Assembly: GCA_963632615.1 (NCBI GenBank)
Contig: CAVGVF010000001.1
Location: 7,993 to 71,992 of the forward strand
Direction: 5' to 3'
Length of the DNA: 64,000 bases
Origin: an uncultured Eubacteriales bacterium
Lineage (GTDB): Bacteria; Pseudomonadota; Alphaproteobacteria; RF32; CAG-239
Shown here: piece after piece, positions 57,163 to 64,000 of the stretch
How the letters are laid out: each line of letters opens with the position of its first letter
How positions within the stretch are numbered: the stretch's first letter is position 1
Notes under the pieces: model-generated
The model's input: only the letters and a program-made list of their open reading frames with translations
Told to the model about the DNA's origin: nothing
Databases searched by the model: none
Made by a program: the position numbers and the translations under genes

Positions 57163-58296
57163 ATGAAAAAATTTAGCTGCATTTTATGTTCAATCGCTGT
57201 TTTGCCTTGCGCTGTGCAGGCTGAAGGTTTTGATTTCAGTCAATCCGGTTTGGCCGGCGTATATTACGGGGTTATGCAAACCCGCCGCCAAAACAACTAT
57301 GACAATATGCCGAACCGCTTAGTTTACCGCCAAGACGGACGTTTTGAGGGTGCCTATAGCTTTGCCGACAAAACCCGCTTGGGCGCTCATGCCGACTATA
57401 CTTTGGCTTTCCGCCAGCACGATAAAGATTATAATGACGGCGACTGGCGCTTTTATCCGTATGCGTTGGCCGAAAATCCGGCTTACGGTAAATTTACGGT
57501 CGGTTATTCCTACAACGCGGCACAGCAGCTGCATCAAGGCGCACAGGATATCAGCTGGATTGGCATTCAAGACAGCAATCTGCCGAACTTTTTAACCAGC
57601 GCCAACTGGGTAAACGGCTTGAAAAAGACTAAATTTGCCACCCCAAAGTCTACCACCATTCTTGATGACGGCCGCGCTCTGAAATTTGTTTATTTTACCC
57701 CGATGATTGGCAACACTAAGTTCGGCTTTAGTTATACGCCGGAAAATGCCAGCCGCCGCGGTATGGTCAGCCGCTATACGGACTATGAAAAAAATGAAGA
57801 CGGCTACACCGCCGCCATGCAAAATAAATGGGCTGTCGGTTTGGGCGATATCTATACTTCCGCCGCTTACGGCGAATTTAACGGCACTGATAAAGAATGG
57901 GCTTTCGGCGTGCGCTGGATTGTTGATAACTTTAATGTTTCCACTTCCTACAAAAAAGCCTACATCGATGGCAATAAAAACCCGATTACCACGGTGTCGG
58001 ACAATCCGTATCTGCCGGCGCTGTTTGACAATTACCGCGAAGGTCAGTCTTGGGATTTCAGTATCGGCTACAAATTCTTTGACCGCTTGAAAGTCAATTT
58101 TGCTTATTTGCATACTGAAGCCAAAAACACCCGTAACCGCGATGATTTATATGTGCAGGCGAACAGCTTTGAAGTTAATAAATATCTGGAATTGTTCCTG
58201 ATTAACGGCTATATTAACTCCAAAGGCACCGAACGCCACTCTTCAAACAACAACCGCGGCTATGCGGTAATCAGCGGTATTGCCTTAAAGTATTAA
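57163..58296 (+). CDS. outer-membrane porin (beta-barrel)
   Basis: 377 aa with signal peptide ...CAVQA. It shows alternating beta-strand patterning, is rich in aromatic, Gly and Asn residues, and ends in IALKY. Confidence 0.65.
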   Translation: MKKFSCILCSIAVLPCAVQAEGFDFSQSGLAGVYYGVMQTRRQNNYDNMPNRLVYRQDGRFEGAYSFADKTRLGAHADYTLAFRQHDKDYNDGDWRFYPYALAENPAYGKFTVGYSYNAAQQLHQGAQDISWIGIQDSNLPNFLTSANWVNGLKKTKFATPKSTTILDDGRALKFVYFTPMIGNTKFGFSYTPENASRRGMVSRYTDYEKNEDGYTAAMQNKWAVGLGDIYTSAAYGEFNGTDKEWAFGVRWIVDNFNVSTSYKKAYIDGNKNPITTVSDNPYLPALFDNYREGQSWDFSIGYKFFDRLKVNFAYLHTEAKNTRNRDDLYVQANSFEVNKYLELFLINGYINSKGTERHSSNNNRGYAVISGIALKY

Positions 58297-58297
58297 A

Positions 58298-58783
58298 ATG
58301 TCTGAAAAACTGCACTGTTTTGCGCCGCTGGTCGATAAAAATACCAAATTTTTGGTAATCGGCACCATGCCCGGCGAGGCTTCGCTGTCTGCGGCAGAAT
58401 ATTATGCTTTTAAACATAATGCTTTTTGGACAATTATCTTTAAGCTGGCTAAAGCCGAAACATCAAATTACGCCGAAAAAATCAAACTGCTGCAAAAACT
58501 GCGTATCGGTTTATGGGATAACCTAAAAGCCTGCGAACGCCTTGGCAGTTTGGACAGCGATATAAAAAACGCCGAACCGAATGACTTTGAAAGCCTGCTG
58601 GCCGAATTTCCAAACATTGAAAAGCTGCTGTTTAACGGGCAAAAATCCTTTGCTTTTTTCAAAAAATATCATCGGCCGCTGCTGGAAAAATACAAATATG
58701 CGGTTTTGCCCTCAACCAGTCCGGCCAATGCCCGGCTTTCATCAGAGCAAAAATTTGCGCTTTGGCAAAAAGAGCTTATTTAA
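58298..58783 (+). CDS. DNA-deoxyinosine (hypoxanthine) glycosylase, UDG family 6-like
   Basis: 161 aa. LVIGTMPGEASL...YYAFKHNAFW matches the family signature as I remember it. Confidence 0.6.
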   Translation: MSEKLHCFAPLVDKNTKFLVIGTMPGEASLSAAEYYAFKHNAFWTIIFKLAKAETSNYAEKIKLLQKLRIGLWDNLKACERLGSLDSDIKNAEPNDFESLLAEFPNIEKLLFNGQKSFAFFKKYHRPLLEKYKYAVLPSTSPANARLSSEQKFALWQKELI

Positions 58784-59432
58784 ATTTCAGCGCCACGGTG
58801 CATGTATTCAGCAAACAGCCACATGCTTCTTTCGTTTCTCGGCGATTCAAATGCCGGCGGGTTATCAATCCTTCATCACGGCTTTTATACTGCTCATTAA
58901 GGTTATCAAACAGCAGATAATTACGTAGATTATAAACCCCGTTAAAAGTCTTTTGCGCCGACAAATAAGAAGCTTCAAGCCCTAAAAAATTCGGAAAGCT
59001 GCGCCGCCAATCCGTCTGCGCCAGTTTTTTGCATTCTTTTTTGGTTAAACGTGTAAACAATATAATATATGCGCCTAAATTATCCGGATTATCTACCCGT
59101 TCGGACAAAGTGTTATAAGCGTTATAAAAGAAAATTTTTCCGCCGAAACGGTTTGAAACATCATAGCTGTTTACTGTTTTTCTAATCGGAAAATCGTACG
59201 GAAGAATATTTTGCACCACCAAAATATTTGCATCCAACGACGGATATCTGCCTTTAAATGTTTCGGACATATTGCTGACAATCTGCGCTATATCGTTTTT
59301 TGTTTTTAAAATGTTGTTATTGAAAAAAATATGAAAATAAGCAAAATATAAGCCGAAAATCAAACAAAACAGCGGCAGACAAAAATACAGCAATTTCAAA
59401 ACAGGCTCAAAACACGATTTTTTGTCAGACAT
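58776..59432 (-). CDS. membrane-anchored Cys-rich hypothetical protein (paralog of 48564..49397)
   Basis: 218 aa with an N-terminal TM helix. Blocks shared with the paralog are NRFGGKIFF, LTKKECKKLAQTDWR and ACGCLLNTCTVAL. Confidence 0.6.
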   Translation of the reverse strand: MSDKKSCFEPVLKLLYFCLPLFCLIFGLYFAYFHIFFNNNILKTKNDIAQIVSNMSETFKGRYPSLDANILVVQNILPYDFPIRKTVNSYDVSNRFGGKIFFYNAYNTLSERVDNPDNLGAYIILFTRLTKKECKKLAQTDWRRSFPNFLGLEASYLSAQKTFNGVYNLRNYLLFDNLNEQYKSRDEGLITRRHLNRRETKEACGCLLNTCTVALKFK

Positions 59433-59452
59433 AATAATTTCCTTTCTCTATT

Positions 59453-60106
59453 TTAATATTTTCGGATAATTCCCGACAGCACGCCCTGAATTTTTACCCG
59501 ATCGGAAGTATAAGTTTGCGGCATATATTCCTTATTGCATGGCAGAAGATGAATGATATTGCCCTCTTTTTTCAATACCTTAAGCGTTGCTTCGCTGTTA
59601 TCTATGAGCGCCACGACAATTTTGCCGTTATCCGCCTGCTCCTGCCTGCGGATTATGGCTGTGTCGCCGTCCATAATTCCGGCTTCTACCATCGAATTTC
59701 CTTCAATCGTCAGTGCATAATACTTGCCGAGCGACACCATATCAAACGGCACTGCCACCGTTTCAGATTCATCCGCCAGCGCTTCAATCGGCATACCGGC
59801 GGCAATTTTGCCATACAGCGGAATTTGCACCGAACTGTTATGCAAAGCCTGCTCGCGCTTCTTTTCTTCATCAATAATGGCCTGCGGCTTAAAGCGCGGC
59901 AGGCGGATAACCTCCAGCGCGCGGGCTTTATGCGGCAGCTTGCGGATGAAATTACGCTCTTCCAGCGAATTGATAAGCGCATGAATACCGGATTTTGATT
60001 TTAGCCCGATAGCGTCCTTCATTTCATCAAAAGACGGACATTGACCGGTTTCGCGGTTGACTTTATTTATATACATTAAAAGATTATACTGCTTTTCAGT
60101 AAGCAT
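59453..60106 (-). CDS. lexA: LexA repressor
   Basis: The N-terminus MLTEKQ...PSFDEM...KSKSGIH...LEERNFI is typical of LexA. The Ala-Gly cleavage site region and the S24 peptidase Ser/Lys are present. ATG 60106 is preferred on AGGAGA spacing; the ORF track starts at 60112. Confidence 0.92.
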   Translation of the reverse strand: MLTEKQYNLLMYINKVNRETGQCPSFDEMKDAIGLKSKSGIHALINSLEERNFIRKLPHKARALEVIRLPRFKPQAIIDEEKKREQALHNSSVQIPLYGKIAAGMPIEALADESETVAVPFDMVSLGKYYALTIEGNSMVEAGIMDGDTAIIRRQEQADNGKIVVALIDNSEATLKVLKKEGNIIHLLPCNKEYMPQTYTSDRVKIQGVLSGIIRKY

Positions 60107-60126
60107 AAGCATTTCTCCTAAAATTT

Positions 60127-60141
60127 GTTCTATTTTAGTTC
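60127..60141. promoter_or_regulatory. alpha-type SOS (LexA) box GTTC-N7-GTTC upstream of lexA
   Basis: GTTCTATTTTAGTTC lies 21 nt upstream of the lexA start. It matches the direct-repeat LexA operator described for alphaproteobacteria. Confidence 0.75.
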
Positions 60142-60170
60142 TGTATATTTATAAAAGTCAAGCGCTTTTT

Positions 60171-61154
60171 TTAGGCTGATTTCTGTTGATTTACAAACTG
60201 TTCGCCGATTTTCAAAAACTTTTCGGTACGCAGCTGTTTCAGCTTTGCATAATCCTGCGCACAAAGCTCTTTCAAGTCTTTTTCCAGCACAACCCGCAGA
60301 TTTTCAAAAGTTTTTGCCGCATCGCGGTGCGCGCCGCCCAAAGGTTCGGCAACTATTTCATCAATAATGCCCAGCTGCTTCAAATCCTGCGCCGTCAAAT
60401 GCAAAGCTTCGGTAGCCTCTTTGGTTTTATCAGCCGAACGCCACAAAATAGAAGCGCAGCCTTCCGGAGAAATTACCGAATAAATAGAATGTTCAAGCAT
60501 AATGACTTTATCGGCAACCGCGATAGCGATAGCCCCGCCGGAGCCGCCTTCGCCGATAACTGTGGCGATAATCGGCGTTTTTATGCGCAGGCACTTTTCA
60601 ATAGACGCAGCAATAGCCTGAGCCTGCCCTCTGGCTTCGGCATCCACTCCCGGATAGGCGCCGGCAGTATCCACAAAAGCCAAAACCGGCAGCTTGAATT
60701 TTTCGGCCATATCCATCAGACGCTGTGCTTTGCGATAGCCTTCCGGCTTGGCCATACCAAAGTTATATTTGATACGTGAATCCAAATCGTTGCCTTTTTC
60801 CTGCCCGATTACCACAACCGGAATATCGCCGAATTTACCGATACCGCCGACCATTGCCGGATCATCGCCGAAACAGCGGTCGCCGCACAGCAGCGTAAAA
60901 TCGCTGATTAAGGCTTTGATATAGTCCAAGCAATGCGGACGATTCGGATGGCGGGCAATCTGAGCTTTCTGCCACGGCGATAAATGTTTATAAACATTTG
61001 CCATGTGGGTCTGCAAGTGCTTTTCCAAGCGCTTGATTTCTTTGGTAATGTCTAAATCCTCATCTTTGGCAATCGTTTTCAAGTGCTGAATTTTTTCTTC
61101 AATATCAACGATTGTTTTTTCAAAATCCAAAATGACTGTTTCATTATCGCTCAT
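60171..61154 (-). CDS. accA: acetyl-CoA carboxylase carboxyltransferase subunit alpha
   Basis: 327 aa with ARHPNRP, DTAGAYPG and GEGGSGGALA-like GEGGSGGAIA motifs. Confidence 0.94.
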   Translation of the reverse strand: MSDNETVILDFEKTIVDIEEKIQHLKTIAKDEDLDITKEIKRLEKHLQTHMANVYKHLSPWQKAQIARHPNRPHCLDYIKALISDFTLLCGDRCFGDDPAMVGGIGKFGDIPVVVIGQEKGNDLDSRIKYNFGMAKPEGYRKAQRLMDMAEKFKLPVLAFVDTAGAYPGVDAEARGQAQAIAASIEKCLRIKTPIIATVIGEGGSGGAIAIAVADKVIMLEHSIYSVISPEGCASILWRSADKTKEATEALHLTAQDLKQLGIIDEIVAEPLGGAHRDAAKTFENLRVVLEKDLKELCAQDYAKLKQLRTEKFLKIGEQFVNQQKSA

Positions 61155-61326
61155 GCTTTTTATTCCTTAACGATTAAAATAACTGCAGGGAGTTTAGCAC
61201 ATTTTTTGAAAATGTTTAGTCTTTTTTTTATGTTGTTAATGACTGTTGACTTTTTCACAAAAAAGTTTGCTATTAAGATATATGCCGTTATAATTGGAAA
61301 TATCTTGTTTTTAGAGGGTATTAACG

Positions 61327-62673
61327 ATGTTGTTGTTTTGTTTTTTTCTAACCGTTTTTGCATCGGCCAGCTGGCTGATATATGCTTTTATGTTTGTTAG
61401 TTCAAAATTGGCGGATTCACGTTTGTGGGAACAAAGTCCGGAACAAATGCTCTTAATGCTCTCGGTTGTTTTTTTGCCGGTGCTGATTATTTGGATGATA
61501 TTCGGTTTCATCAACCAATTTATTACCAACCGCGGAATGAATGTAAAACAAAGCGAACTCTTAAACCAGCTGCAAAAAAATCAGGATTACACCGACCTTG
61601 TAGTGCGGGTTATGCTGGATGCCGAGCATGAAATTAAAGACGGATTCGTAATAAATAAGTTTGACCTGTTTGTTTCGGACATGAATGAAGCTTTGAGCGA
61701 AATTATCCAACGCTGCAATATTGCTTCATCCGCTCAGCTGGAACAACTGTGGCAGCGCGTAAAACGCGGCGAGCGCTGGGTTTTGGGCAAGGCCATTTTA
61801 GACGCCAGCAAAAGCCAAAGCACATTTAACGCCTGGGTGGCCGAAAAGGTAAACCGCGACAAAGTTTTTCGCGGAACCATGCTGGAATTTTGCTCTCGTT
61901 ACCAAAACCTGCTGCAGCTGCTGGAAAAACATGACCGCGATAAAATCTTTTTACGGATTATAGAAACCGGCGTGTTCGGAAAAGTATATTCTATTATTGC
62001 GCCTCTGAGCGAAGGAATCAGCAATTTGGCGGCCAATCCGGCAGACAGAGCACCGCAATCAGTTTCTGACCGCGATTATTCTTCGGTTTTGAAAATTGCC
62101 ACCATGGAAGAGCCTAAAGCCTCTGAAACCATCATAAATGTTGATAAAAATGACGAAGAAGATACGGCTATTCCGGCTCCGAAACGCTCTCTGTTTTCCC
62201 GCTTAAACCCATTCAGCCGCAAAGAAAAAGAATTTGATGAAGAAGAGCACGAGCAAGATCCGTTCTTTAAGGCTCTGCACAACAGTTTTCAAGATGAAAA
62301 CGCTTTGAAAGCCGAAAATGCAGCTCCGGTTTTTCAAGACAGCACGCCTTCGCTGAGCGCAGCTGACAGCCTGCCTAAAGAACCAAGCCTGTCTGCACCG
62401 GAAACGGCGCCTTCTTTCAATATAGAAAAAAATGATGCTGCCGACCGCACTGCTCCAACTTTCGGCAGCGCCCGCAACACTCTTGACAGCCTGCGCAGCA
62501 GCAACAGTTCTTTTTCAGCGTTTTCTTCCGGTTTAACTGCTGATAAAAATGAAAATCAGCAGTCAGATTTAACTGCCGACAAACCGTTAGCTGCAGCTCC
62601 GCAAAAAGCTGAAAAAGAGGAAAACCTGGCATATCCGTTTGGCGGCTGGACAGATGAAGACAATTATCGCTAG
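61327..62673 (+). CDS. hypothetical membrane protein with long disordered S/A/P/E-rich C-terminal half
   Basis: 448 aa. Two N-terminal TM helices are followed by a helical domain and then low-complexity sequence. Confidence 0.5.
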   Translation: MLLFCFFLTVFASASWLIYAFMFVSSKLADSRLWEQSPEQMLLMLSVVFLPVLIIWMIFGFINQFITNRGMNVKQSELLNQLQKNQDYTDLVVRVMLDAEHEIKDGFVINKFDLFVSDMNEALSEIIQRCNIASSAQLEQLWQRVKRGERWVLGKAILDASKSQSTFNAWVAEKVNRDKVFRGTMLEFCSRYQNLLQLLEKHDRDKIFLRIIETGVFGKVYSIIAPLSEGISNLAANPADRAPQSVSDRDYSSVLKIATMEEPKASETIINVDKNDEEDTAIPAPKRSLFSRLNPFSRKEKEFDEEEHEQDPFFKALHNSFQDENALKAENAAPVFQDSTPSLSAADSLPKEPSLSAPETAPSFNIEKNDAADRTAPTFGSARNTLDSLRSSNSSFSAFSSGLTADKNENQQSDLTADKPLAAAPQKAEKEENLAYPFGGWTDEDNYR

Positions 62674-64000
62674 TTTAGCCTCAATTTTGGGCTTATTTAT
62701 ACAGCTCAGCGCTGCAAACGCTGTTGTTTCTGACCGGATAGCTTTATACGGAGAATCAAAATATAAAAGCGGCTTCAAACATTTTGACTATGTAAACGCG
62801 GCGGCTCCGCAAGGCGGCAAACTCGTTCTGCCGGCCTATGGAACTTTTGATAACTTCAATCCTTATATATTTAAAGGCGTTGCCGCAACTTTTGTTAATG
62901 CTCTTTCTTTTGAAACTCTCGGCTTTTCGCCGACTGATGACCCGTTTACGGTTTATCCGCTGCTGGCAGAAAAATTTGATTTGCCGGAAGATAAATCATA
63001 CGTAGGCTTTATTTTAAATCCTAAAGCCAAATTTGCTGACGGCTCGCCGGTTACCGCAGATGATGTAGTATTCAGCTTTAACGCCATAACCGAACAAGGC
63101 GCACCGATTTATAAAATGTATTACGCCGATGTTGACAGAGTGAAAAAAATAAGCAAGCAGGAAGTCCGTTTTTATGTAAAGCCTGAAGCGGAAAATAAAG
63201 AATTGCCGCTGATTCTCTCGCAATTCAGCATTTTTTCAGCCAAAGACTGGCAAGGCAAAGATTTTGCTAAACCAAGCTTAGAAGTTCCGTTGGGCAGCGG
63301 CCCTTACAAAGTTGCTGACTTTCAGGTAAACAAATTTGTAGAGCTGAAAAAAAATCCGAACTATTGGGGCAAAAATTTAGCTGTACGGCAAGGCTATTTC
63401 AACTTTGACACCATCCGTTACGACTATTACCAAGACACCACCGTAACTCTGCAGGCTCTGTTTTCCGGCGATATTGACGCCCGCAGCGAATACATTGCCA
63501 AAATTTGGATGACCGGTTATGATAATGATTTGATAAAATCCGGAAAAATAAAAAAAGAACTGCTTGAACACCATAATCCGGCCACTTTGCAAAACTTTGC
63601 CTTTAATCTGCGGCGCAGTAAGTTCGCCGACCGTCGAGTCCGCCAAGCTATTGATTTAGCTTTTAATTTTGAATGGGCAAATGCTAAATTGTTTTACGGG
63701 CAATACCGCCGACTGTTCAGCTATTTTACCAACACCGGCATGGAAGCCTCCGGATTGCCAGAAGGCAAAGAAAAAGACATTCTGCTGCGTTACAAAGACC
63801 AGCTTCAACCGGAAATATTTACTCAATCTTATCAGCCGACAATTTACAGCGATATCAATAATCCGCGTGAAAATCTTAAAAAAGCCGCGGCCTTATTGAA
63901 AGAAGCCGGTTATGATTTTGTTGACGGTAAAATGACAAATCTCAGCACCGGAGAACCGCTGGAGTTTGAAGTATTAAGCAATACCGCCAACGGCTCCACC
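62654..64000 (+). CDS. ABC transporter substrate-binding protein, family 5 (YejA/OppA-like), 3'-truncated by the window edge
   Basis: Not in the ORF track because it has no stop in the window. ATG 62654 gives signal peptide MKTIIASLASILGLFIQLSAANA. I read 449 codons through to position 64000 without a stop. Typical SBP_bac_5 strings are present (FADGSPVTADDVVFS, GSGPYKV, NPNYWG). Confidence 0.75.
   Translation, partial: MKTIIASLASILGLFIQLSAANAVVSDRIALYGESKYKSGFKHFDYVNAAAPQGGKLVLPAYGTFDNFNPYIFKGVAATFVNALSFETLGFSPTDDPFTVYPLLAEKFDLPEDKSYVGFILNPKAKFADGSPVTADDVVFSFNAITEQGAPIYKMYYADVDRVKKISKQEVRFYVKPEAENKELPLILSQFSIFSAKDWQGKDFAKPSLEVPLGSGPYKVADFQVNKFVELKKNPNYWGKNLAVRQGYFNFDTIRYDYYQDTTVTLQALFSGDIDARSEYIAKIWMTGYDNDLIKSGKIKKELLEHHNPATLQNFAFNLRRSKFADRRVRQAIDLAFNFEWANAKLFYGQYRRLFSYFTNTGMEASGLPEGKEKDILLRYKDQLQPEIFTQSYQPTIYSDINNPRENLKKAAALLKEAGYDFVDGKMTNLSTGEPLEFEVLSNTANGST

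Overview
This 64-kb chromosomal window is mostly housekeeping genes. They include pntB (5' partial), cysS, gltX, radC, map, RNase J, tspO, alaS, pta-ackA, secA, serS, lexA and accA, plus envelope, lipid-trafficking and peptidoglycan-recycling genes. There are three tRNA genes: Trp-CCA, Pro-UGG and Thr-CGU. The organism looks like a moderately low-GC, probably host-associated alphaproteobacterium. That call is an inference from a GTTC-N7-GTTC LexA box in front of lexA, an MlaD/DUF2155 cluster, a short GltX and an alpha-type Asd-like sequence. No CRISPR array, transposase or integrase gene is visible.

The main finding is a conserved module of about 0.9 kb present twice, in inverted orientation about 11 kb apart (44827->44103 on the minus strand, 55737->56458 on the plus strand). 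Each copy sits directly in front of a divergent prepilin-type gene. The module has four parts:
- promoter-like boxes;
- a series of hairpins whose stems differ between the copies but stay paired;
- an intrinsic terminator;
- a three-way anti-SD/SD arrangement followed by a 474/483-nt stretch that contains more covarying hairpins yet stays open and in frame with the pilin-like gene.

The leader is better conserved at the nucleotide level than the coding sequence it precedes. I cannot match it to any RNA class or protein domain I know.

Other notable items:
- Gene-less tandem units led by a tRNA 3' end lie downstream of tRNA-Trp (162-bp period) and tRNA-Pro (200-bp period). The two sets share a related core and face each other across an AT-rich accessory island.
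- That island holds restriction-modification debris, a coiled-coil membrane protein and a secreted ankyrin-repeat protein.
- An Asd-derived protein has lost its catalytic residues.
- A candidate structured RNA of 154 nt lies between tRNA-Thr and ackA.
- There is a pair of Cys-rich membrane-anchored paralogs.

All product calls come from motifs read by eye. No database search was run.
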